Position numbers and translations under genes: made by a program
Notes under the pieces: generated by a model
Database searches by the model: none
Told to the model about the DNA's origin: nothing
What the model saw: the letters and a program-made list of their open reading frames with translations, nothing else
In this document: positions 56,764 to 64,000 of the stretch, in pieces
Numbering within the stretch: position 1 is the first letter of the stretch
Layout of the letters: every line of letters starts with the position of its first letter
From: Candidatus Latescibacterota bacterium
Lineage (GTDB): Bacteria; Latescibacterota; UBA2968; UBA8231
Length of the DNA: 64,000 bases
Direction: 5' to 3'
Assembly: GCA_965242865.1 (NCBI GenBank)
Contig: CBDETK010000013.1
Span: 3,904,001 to 3,968,000 of the forward strand

Positions 56764-57735
56764 TTAGGCGCGCAAGTACCCGGCGACCTCTTTGGCGAAA
56801 TACGTCAAAATCATGTCTGCACCGGCTCGCTTGATCCCGGTCAACACCTCCATGATGGCCTGCTCGCGTTCGACCCACCCCCGCTCCGCGGCCGCCACGA
56901 TCATCCCGAACTCGCCGGAGACATTGTACGCGGCAATGGGCACGTCAAAGGCTTGGCGAGCCGCGGCGATTACGTCGAGATAGGCCAGCGCCGGCTTGAC
57001 CATCACCACATCGGCTCCTTCCTCAATATCGAGTGCGATCTCCTTGAGTGCCTCGCGACCATTGGCCGGATCCATCTGATAGCTCTTCTTGTCGCCCTTC
57101 TTGGGCGCCGACTGGAGCGCGTCGCGGAACGGGCCGTAAAAGCACGAAGCATACTTGGCCGAATACGCCAAGATACCGACGTTTTTATAACCGGCCGCGT
57201 CGAGGGCTTGGCGGGTCCCGCGGACCCGGCCATCCATCATGTCGGAAGGCGCGACCCAATCGACGCCCGCTTCGGCGTGTGAAAGTGCCATCTTGCACAG
57301 CACCTCTACGGTCTCGTCGTTGACGACCTCGCCATTGACGACCAAGCCGTCGTGGCCGTGGTAGGTGTAGGGGTCGAGGGCCACATCGGTCTGTACGCAG
57401 AGCGCGGGCACTGCGGCCTTGAGGCTGCGAATCGCTCGTTGGATCAAGCCCTGCGGGTCGTAGGACTGGCTCGCTTCATCGTCCTTTTGAGCCGAGTAGC
57501 CAAAGAGGTTGACCGCTAAGATGCCCAACTCCCACAGCGCGCGGCACTCATCCACCAACTCGTCGATTGAGAAGCGGTATTGGCCGGGCATGTCGTCGAT
57601 GGGAACGCGCACTTTTTCGCCTTCGGTGACGAACAGCGGGCAGATTAGGTCATCAACGCGCAAATGGGTCTCGCGCACCAAGCCGCGCACCGCTTCTGAG
57701 CACCTGAGTCGTCGAGGTCTTTTGGTCAATTCCAC
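56764..57735 (-). CDS. hemB: Delta-aminolevulinic acid dehydratase (porphobilinogen synthase)
   Basis: RPRRLR, DVALDPYT.HGHDG, APSDMMDGR, YSAKYAS.FYGPFRDA, YQMD, MVKPAL.YLD, VSGE. Confidence 0.97.
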   Translation of the reverse strand: MELTKRPRRLRCSEAVRGLVRETHLRVDDLICPLFVTEGEKVRVPIDDMPGQYRFSIDELVDECRALWELGILAVNLFGYSAQKDDEASQSYDPQGLIQRAIRSLKAAVPALCVQTDVALDPYTYHGHDGLVVNGEVVNDETVEVLCKMALSHAEAGVDWVAPSDMMDGRVRGTRQALDAAGYKNVGILAYSAKYASCFYGPFRDALQSAPKKGDKKSYQMDPANGREALKEIALDIEEGADVVMVKPALAYLDVIAAARQAFDVPIAAYNVSGEFGMIVAAAERGWVEREQAIMEVLTGIKRAGADMILTYFAKEVAGYLRA

Positions 57736-57903
57736 AGCTATCTCCTATAGGCGGAGTAGATCGGGGTTAGCACACAGGCTAATGATAACAAATCGCCTAG
57801 CAGAAGCAATCCGACGCTTAGTGGCGCGTTGATCTAACATTTCTGATTTCGCATCTTCTGCAAACTTCAGTACCGAAGACGCCTTCCATCTCCTCGAGAG
57901 CCA

Positions 57904-58584
57904 ATGAGCCATTCCGTCCGACGCCATCTGCGCGTTGAAATTGATGCGTACGATAAGATCATCCGCGCCTTTGTCCCCGCCTACGAGGAGATGCTGGCGC
58001 GGGCCGCCGATGCGGTCGCCGAAATCAAGCCGGAAAAAGTGGTTGACCTCGGTGCCGGCACGGGCGCGTTGGCGCAAGCTGTATTGCGGCACTGCGAAGG
58101 CGTCCACGTTGAACTCATCGACGCCGATGCCGAGATGCTCGCGCAGGCCCGCGAGCGGCTCGCCCCCTTTGCCGCCCGAGTGCAGTACACAGTGCGAGCG
58201 TTCCAAGGTCTGCTCCCGGCCTGCGACGCAGTCGTCGCCTCCCTCGCGCTACACCACGTTCCCACGCTGGCCGAAAAACGGACGATCTTCAGCGCGATTC
58301 ACGCTGCGTTGCGACCCGGTGGCATATTCGTCAACGCGGATGCGACCATGCCCCCGGACCCAGCCGCTCGCCGAGCCGAATACGAGGCTTGGGCGGCCCA
58401 CCTCGTCTCCTGCGGCATCGCCGAAGAGGCCGCCTATAGCCACTTTGCGGAATGGGCCGACGAGGACACTTACTTTTCCGTGGAGGACGAACTCGCTGCG
58501 CTGACAGACGCGGGTTTTGACGCGGCCTGTCTATGGCGCGTCGTGCCTGTCACAGTCATAAGAGCGGCTAGAGCACCTGAGTGA
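57904..58584 (+). CDS. Class I SAM-dependent methyltransferase
   Basis: VDLGAGTG, SLALHH, LRPGG.FVNAD. Confidence 0.88.
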   Translation: MSHSVRRHLRVEIDAYDKIIRAFVPAYEEMLARAADAVAEIKPEKVVDLGAGTGALAQAVLRHCEGVHVELIDADAEMLAQARERLAPFAARVQYTVRAFQGLLPACDAVVASLALHHVPTLAEKRTIFSAIHAALRPGGIFVNADATMPPDPAARRAEYEAWAAHLVSCGIAEEAAYSHFAEWADEDTYFSVEDELAALTDAGFDAACLWRVVPVTVIRAARAPE

Positions 58585-58651
58585 CATTTGGCCTCGGCCC
58601 GTCGCGCCATTACTTTTTTCAGACCACCATTCACCGCAGCCCGAGCTATTT

Positions 58652-60397
58652 ATGACCGCCAAAGTCTTCGCCGTCCTCTTCCTATTCGCCGTACCCCTGC
58701 AAGCCAAAACTCGGATTGAAGCCGCTTATGCAGCCGGCGAACTCGACTTGGAGACGGCCCTGATTTACCAAGTCCTCAGCGTGCGCGCTCCCGACCAACT
58801 GCCGGCCTTGTACCGCGAGGCTGGCGAGCGAGCGGTTTGCGGAACCCCGCCCCTAGTCCAAGCCATGAGCGCGGCCCCTGAGTTGAGCGCCGAGTACCGC
58901 GCTCGCGTGGGCAAGCTGGCGCAGCACCGGCCGGCCCTCGAACACAATCTCCTCTCGCCATCGGGGCGCTTTCGCGTCCACTACGATACCCAAGGAGCCA
59001 ACGCGGTTTCGCCGACGGACGACGACGCCAACAACATCCCGGATTACATCGACCTCACGATGGCCGTCCTCGACAGCATTTGGGTGCTCGAAGTCGAAGA
59101 GCTCGGCTACAATCCACCCCCATCGGACAACGGCTTGGGCGGTGGCGACGAATACGACGCGTACGTCGTTGAGCTAAGCGGTCGCTATTATGGGTTCGCC
59201 TATCCTCAGACGGCCGGCGCGACCACCACCCACAGCTATCTCGAAATCGACAACGACTTTACAGACCCGGGCTACAAGCAGACTCGCGGGCTGGACGCCC
59301 TGCGCGTGACCATCGCCCACGAGTTCCATCACGCCATTCAGTTTGGCTACTACGCGAAATTCGACGGCAGTTGGTGGCAAGAATCGACCTCCACTTGGAT
59401 GGAGGAAGTGGCCTATCCGCACATCGACGATTACCTCCAGTACTTGACCTACTTCCTCAGCGAACCCCACCGCGCCCTCAACTCCGGCGTTTATCGCAGC
59501 CTCCACACCTACGGCTCGGCGATCTTTTCCTATTTCCTCGATCAGCGCTACGGCCGCGCCCTCAACCGCCAGATATGGGAGGAAGTGGGCCAGCACCAAA
59601 GCGTCCACCTCGATCACTTCGACCGCGTCCTCCGCCAAGTCGAGCCGGGCGGCCTCGGCAGCGTCGTGGGCGAATTTGCCGTGTGGAACTATTTCACCGA
59701 CAACCGCCACCGCGCCCCATTCTACGCCGAAGGGGACAAATACCCGCCTGTCCCCACCCGCGACCTCGCCGTCGCCGCCGAAGCGGTCGCCCGCGACACC
59801 AGCCTGATCAACGCCACCGGCAGCGTCTATCTGCGTCTCCAGCCGCACCTGCGTCCGGGCGGCGTCGAGCTGTTCTTGGACGCTAACCAAGGGGCTTGGC
59901 GTCGCCACCTGCTTTTGATCGGCCCCGACAGCGTCGCCGTGCAAGCCATCTCCGAGCCGACGGTCCAAATCATCGGCTGGGACCAGTTCGACGAGATCGT
60001 CCTCGTCGCCACCTCGGCCGAGCGCACGGGCTTGACCTACCAGCACTTCTTTACCGCCCAGTTCGATCCCGACCTGATCGCCCCCGACCAATCGGCCCCC
60101 CTCGCCACCCGGCTCAAGCCCAACTACCCCAACCCCTTCCGCCCCGGCCACCACCGGCACACCAAGCTGGCCTTTGACTTAGCTTTTCCCAGCCGAAAAA
60201 CCCGCCTGTCGATATTTTCGGCCAATGGCGATTTGGTTTGGTGGGATGACTTAGGCGAGCGGCGAGCGGACGAATACGCCGTGCGGTGGGATGGGCGCAA
60301 CGCGGCCGGCCATCCCGTCGCCAGCGGCATCTATCACCTGCTCCTCGAAGCCGACGGCACCGCCGCCAAGCGCACCATAGCGGTGGTGCGCGATTGA
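58652..60397 (+). CDS. Secreted zinc metalloprotease-like protein (HEFHH) with FlgD-Ig-like tail, copy 1
   Basis: Signal peptide, CGT, FRVHY, TIAHEFHHAIQF, WQESTSTWME, NYPNPF...WDGRN..G..VASGIY. Confidence 0.82.
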   Translation: MTAKVFAVLFLFAVPLQAKTRIEAAYAAGELDLETALIYQVLSVRAPDQLPALYREAGERAVCGTPPLVQAMSAAPELSAEYRARVGKLAQHRPALEHNLLSPSGRFRVHYDTQGANAVSPTDDDANNIPDYIDLTMAVLDSIWVLEVEELGYNPPPSDNGLGGGDEYDAYVVELSGRYYGFAYPQTAGATTTHSYLEIDNDFTDPGYKQTRGLDALRVTIAHEFHHAIQFGYYAKFDGSWWQESTSTWMEEVAYPHIDDYLQYLTYFLSEPHRALNSGVYRSLHTYGSAIFSYFLDQRYGRALNRQIWEEVGQHQSVHLDHFDRVLRQVEPGGLGSVVGEFAVWNYFTDNRHRAPFYAEGDKYPPVPTRDLAVAAEAVARDTSLINATGSVYLRLQPHLRPGGVELFLDANQGAWRRHLLLIGPDSVAVQAISEPTVQIIGWDQFDEIVLVATSAERTGLTYQHFFTAQFDPDLIAPDQSAPLATRLKPNYPNPFRPGHHRHTKLAFDLAFPSRKTRLSIFSANGDLVWWDDLGERRADEYAVRWDGRNAAGHPVASGIYHLLLEADGTAAKRTIAVVRD

Positions 60398-60530
60398 AGG
60401 AAGCAAACTCGCCAGCCGATGTCTCAGAAGCGTTCCTAACACTCATGTTGCTTTTGGCTCGTCTCGCCTGACGCCGCAAAAGAACGTCACCCCGTGCTCC
60501 GACACGGGGCGGGAATCCAGAAATTATCCC

Positions 60531-62243
60531 ATGCTTCTGACGCTGGTCATCGGAATAGTGCTCTGTACAGCACATAGCAATCACGCGGAAAGACCGCCCT
60601 CGACCGCGCTGCGCTGCGGCACCCCCTACTTGCTCCGATATATGGACGAGATCACCGAGCACCAGCGTCTAAAACTCGTGCAGCACCGACCTAGCACTCA
60701 GCACAGCCTGTTGACGCCTTCCGGCCATTTCCGCGTCCACTACGACGCTGAGGGCAGCAACGCGGTTGATCGCACGGACGACGATGGCAACGGCATCCCG
60801 GACTACATTGACCTAGCCGCCACTGTCCTCGATAGCATCTGGACGTTGGAAGTCGAACAACTCGGCTACAACCCGCCCCCTTCGGACCATGGCTTGGGCG
60901 GAGGCGACGAATACGACGTTTACATTATGGATTTAAGTCGCGGGGGCTGTGGATACGGGAATGCCGTTTACGGCTGCACTTATCCCGGAACGTCCGATGC
61001 GGTCACCCACAGCTATCTCGAAATCGACAACAACTTCACCGACCCGGGCTACAAGCAGACCCGCGGGCTAGACGCCCTGCGGGTGACCATCGCCCACGAG
61101 TTTCACCACGCCATTCAGTTCGGCTATTATGCACACGGGGCCGGTAACTGGTGGCAGGAATCGACCTCGACGTGGATGGAGGAAGTGGCCTATCCGCACA
61201 TCGACGATTACCTCCAGTACTTGACCCATTTCCTCGGCGAACCCCACCGCGCCCTCAACTCCGGCCGTCTCGGCAGCCTCCACACCTACGGCTCTGCCAT
61301 ATTTTCCCACTTCCTCGATCAGCACTACGGCCCCGCGCTCGAACCCCTGATTCGGGAAGAATTGAACCAGCATCCACCGGAGCTTATCGCGTTGCGAGCA
61401 CGGGCGCATCTCAACCGCCTGATTTGGGAAGAAATCAAGGAGCACCAAAGCGTCCACCTCGATCACTTTGACCGCGTCCTCCGCCAAGTCGAGCCGGGCG
61501 GCCTCGGCAACGCCGTGGGCGAATTTGCCGTGTGGAACTATTTCACCGACAACCGCCACCGCGACCCATTCTACGCCGAAGGGGACAAATACCCGCCTGT
61601 CCCCACCCGCGACCTCGCCGTCGCCGCCGAAGCAGTAGTCCGCGACACCAGCCTGATCAATGGCACCGGCAGCGTCTATCTGCGTCTCCAGCCGCACCTG
61701 CGTCCGGGCGGCGTCGAGCTGTTCTTGGACGCCAACCAAGGGGCTTGGCGGCGTCACCTGCTCTTGATCGGCCCCGACAGCGTCGCCGTGCAAGCCATCT
61801 CCGAGCCGACGGTCCAAATCATCGGCTGGGATCAGTTCGACGAGATCGTCCTCGTCGCCACCTCAGCCGAGCGCACGGGCTTGACCTACCAGCACTTCTT
61901 TACCGCCCAGTTCGATCCCGACCTGATCGGCCCCGACCAATCGGCCCCCCTCGCCACCCGGCTCAAGCCCAACTATCCCAACCCCTTCCGCCCCGGCCAC
62001 CACCGGCACACCAAGCTGGCGTTTGACTTAGCTTTTCCCAGCCGAAAAACCCGCCTGTCGATATTTTCGGCCAATGGCGATTTGGTCTGGTGGAATGACT
62101 TGGGCGAGCGTCGGGCGGACGAATACGCCGTGCGGTGGGATGGGCGCAACGCGGCCGGTCACCCCGTCGCCAGCGGCATCTACCACCTGCTCCTCGAAGC
62201 CGACGGCACCGCCGCCAAGCGCACCATAGCGGTGGTGCGCTAG
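60531..62243 (+). CDS. Secreted zinc metalloprotease-like protein (HEFHH) with FlgD-Ig-like tail, copy 2
   Basis: Same motifs as copy 1; 3' half nearly identical at nucleotide level. Confidence 0.82.
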   Translation: MLLTLVIGIVLCTAHSNHAERPPSTALRCGTPYLLRYMDEITEHQRLKLVQHRPSTQHSLLTPSGHFRVHYDAEGSNAVDRTDDDGNGIPDYIDLAATVLDSIWTLEVEQLGYNPPPSDHGLGGGDEYDVYIMDLSRGGCGYGNAVYGCTYPGTSDAVTHSYLEIDNNFTDPGYKQTRGLDALRVTIAHEFHHAIQFGYYAHGAGNWWQESTSTWMEEVAYPHIDDYLQYLTHFLGEPHRALNSGRLGSLHTYGSAIFSHFLDQHYGPALEPLIREELNQHPPELIALRARAHLNRLIWEEIKEHQSVHLDHFDRVLRQVEPGGLGNAVGEFAVWNYFTDNRHRDPFYAEGDKYPPVPTRDLAVAAEAVVRDTSLINGTGSVYLRLQPHLRPGGVELFLDANQGAWRRHLLLIGPDSVAVQAISEPTVQIIGWDQFDEIVLVATSAERTGLTYQHFFTAQFDPDLIGPDQSAPLATRLKPNYPNPFRPGHHRHTKLAFDLAFPSRKTRLSIFSANGDLVWWNDLGERRADEYAVRWDGRNAAGHPVASGIYHLLLEADGTAAKRTIAVVR

Positions 62244-62332
62244 ATAGCAGAAGCCGTCGCCGTGTATCCGACGCTTTTGGAGGAGGTTGGCGGATATTGA
62301 CACCCAAACCCCTACTTACTTATGCTTGGGAT

Positions 62333-62581
62333 ATGCGAATAACATTGACTATTGACGACGACATCGCCGCGCAATTAGAGGACATCCGTCGCAGCGGTAA
62401 GGGCAACTTAAAGCAAATCGTCAACGATCTTCTGCGCACTGGGCTCAAAGGAGCCAATGTCCAGCGACAGGCCCGCCATACTCACCGCACCAAGGAAGTC
62501 CGGTTGGGAGGTTGCCTGATCGATAACATTGACGACGTTGCTCAAGCCCTGTCCATTGCAGAGGGAGAAGACGCTCAGTGA
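62333..62581 (+). CDS. vapB: VapB-type (ribbon-helix-helix) antitoxin
   Basis: MRITLTIDDD...KQIVNDLLR.GL; GTGA overlap with the PIN toxin. Confidence 0.82.
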   Translation: MRITLTIDDDIAAQLEDIRRSGKGNLKQIVNDLLRTGLKGANVQRQARHTHRTKEVRLGGCLIDNIDDVAQALSIAEGEDAQ

Positions 62582-63018
62582 GGCTGGTCGATGCCAACCT
62601 CTTGGTATATGCCCATGTCGCCGACTTCGCCCAACACCGCACTGCACTCGCTTGGCTCGACGACAAGCTAAACGACACAACGCCACTCGGCCTGCCGTGG
62701 TCCAGCCTGCTGGCATTTGCCCGTCTAGTATCCAATCCCCGCATTTTTGAACGCCCCGAATCCATAGAAATAGCTTGGCAACAGGTCGAGTCTTGGCTCG
62801 ACGCGCCCGCTAGCTGGATACCGCTGGCCACCAGCCGCCACCGGAAAGTCCTAGCCCAGTTACTTAAAACACAGGGCCTGCGTGCCAACCACATACCCGA
62901 CGTCCATCTCGCGGCACTCGCCATTGAGCACGGCTTGACCCTTTGCTCTACCAACACTGTCTTCGCCCGCTTTCCCGACCTGAGTTGGGAAAATCCCCTC
63001 GTCAACATAGAGTTCTGA
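62578..63018 (+). CDS. vapC: VapC-family PIN-domain toxin
   Basis: LVDANLLVYA, F.RL..NPRIF, D.HLAALAIEHG, FARF; the last acidic PIN residues read STNTVF rather than the usual D.DF. Confidence 0.88.
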   Translation: MRLVDANLLVYAHVADFAQHRTALAWLDDKLNDTTPLGLPWSSLLAFARLVSNPRIFERPESIEIAWQQVESWLDAPASWIPLATSRHRKVLAQLLKTQGLRANHIPDVHLAALAIEHGLTLCSTNTVFARFPDLSWENPLVNIEF

Positions 63019-63021
63019 ATT

Positions 63022-64000
63022 TTGTCTGCACCCCCGCGCCGCGTCTCCCTCCGCGCCATTGCCATCGGAGCCATCGGCTGCCTCGCCATCGCCGTGGGCG
63101 AACCCTTTGGCGTCTTGGTGATGCAAAGCTCGCCCATGGCCGCCGACTACTCGACCGGCGCGGCCCTCTGCTTGTTTTTCCTTTTTACCCTGCTCATCAA
63201 CCCGCTCGCCCAATGGCTCACCGGCTCCAGCCTGCACAGCGGCGAATTGGCTACCGTGTACATAATGATGGTCGTGGGGGCCGCCATTCCCTCTTGGGGC
63301 CTGACCATGAACCTGATCCCGCTCCTCGGCGGGTTCTTTTATTACGCCACCCCGGAAAACGACTGGGCCAACACCATCCAGCCCTATATCTCGCAGCTCC
63401 TCGTGCCGGAAGACAGCGCGGCCATCCAAAAGCTGTTTGAAGGCAAGGCCCAAGGCGAACGCATTCCTTGGGGCGCTTGGACCACGCCGCTTGTGGCGTG
63501 GAGCTTGTTTGTCGTCAACATGTACTTCACCACGCTGTGCGTGCTCGTCGTGCTGCGCAAGCAGTGGGTCGAGCGCGAGCGGCTCAATTTTCCGCTGGCC
63601 ACCTTGCCCATAGCAATGAGCACCCACGCCAAGGACCGAGCTGTCGCGCCCTTCTACCGCAATTACCTGACTTGGGTCGGCTTTGCCATCCCCGCGCTCA
63701 TCGGCTCCATCAACGCCCTGCACCGCTACTTCAACTTCGTCCCCCCGATCGACCTCAACCTCTGGGTGCCCTTTTTGCGCCGCTCTATCTGGGTCAACTT
63801 TCGCCCGCACTTTGAGGTCGTCGGCCTCTCCTACTTGCTCAACCTCGACATCTCCATGGGCGTGTGGTTCTTCGCCTTGCTCAACATGCTGGCTATCGGC
63901 TTGTGCCGCATGACCGGGTGGAACATCGGCCCGGAGCAGCCCTATTCTTCGCCTTCTCCGCCCAGCCTCGCCCACATCGCCCTCGGGGCGTTGTTCTTTC
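63022..64000 (+). CDS. Polytopic membrane protein (DUF6785-like), 3'-truncated by window edge
   Basis: Open frame from TTG 63022: MSAPPRRVSLRAIAIGAIG...ELATVYIMM...YYATPENDW...LRKQWVERERLNFPLA; missing from the ORF track because it has no stop within the window. Confidence 0.78.
   Translation, partial: MSAPPRRVSLRAIAIGAIGCLAIAVGEPFGVLVMQSSPMAADYSTGAALCLFFLFTLLINPLAQWLTGSSLHSGELATVYIMMVVGAAIPSWGLTMNLIPLLGGFFYYATPENDWANTIQPYISQLLVPEDSAAIQKLFEGKAQGERIPWGAWTTPLVAWSLFVVNMYFTTLCVLVVLRKQWVERERLNFPLATLPIAMSTHAKDRAVAPFYRNYLTWVGFAIPALIGSINALHRYFNFVPPIDLNLWVPFLRRSIWVNFRPHFEVVGLSYLLNLDISMGVWFFALLNMLAIGLCRMTGWNIGPEQPYSSPSPPSLAHIALGALFF

Noticed and set aside
57736-57903. Structured ncRNA or riboswitch upstream of hemB
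   Set aside because: It is an AT-richer divergent intergenic region with no recognisable aptamer consensus or convincing stem.
58652-62243. Diversity-generating retroelement template/variable repeat pair
   Set aside because: Both copies are full genes, the differences include indels and are not adenine-specific, and no reverse transcriptase is present.

Overview
GC-rich (about 60-65% by eye) bacterial chromosome segment. Its content (PhyH dioxygenases, mandelate-racemase enolases, FlgD-tailed secreted proteins, a DUF6785-like membrane protein, AAA-ATPase/PD-(D/E)XK genes) suggests a Latescibacterota/Poribacteria-like marine or host-associated organism; this is inference. Housekeeping genes (purN, hemB, arsC) and catabolic genes are interrupted by three lower-GC defence-type blocks. 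(1) mrr plus an AlbA_2(Schlafen)-ATPase/ParA pair at 0.4-3.5 kb. (2) A decaying type-3 BREX locus at 12.1-25.0 kb, bounded by an 11-bp direct repeat, with a frameshifted pglXI, a nonsense codon in brxA, and an ABC-type ATPase plus putative RelE-like gene where the brxHII helicase should be. (3) A translationally coupled HerA ATPase - NurA nuclease - amino-DNA-methyltransferase operon at 38.7-43.3 kb, the best candidate for an undescribed restriction-modification-like defence system. Window-wide, CCWGG is strongly depleted and replaced by CTTGG/CCAAG/CCTAG/CTAGG, as expected from unrepaired Dcm-type 5mC deamination. There are also three orphan antitoxins (two with tiny toxin remnants), several deletion-scar gene remnants and a tandem pair of near-identical secreted metalloproteases. 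No rRNA, tRNA, CRISPR array, integrase or transposase was recognised. All family assignments come from motif recognition, not database searches.
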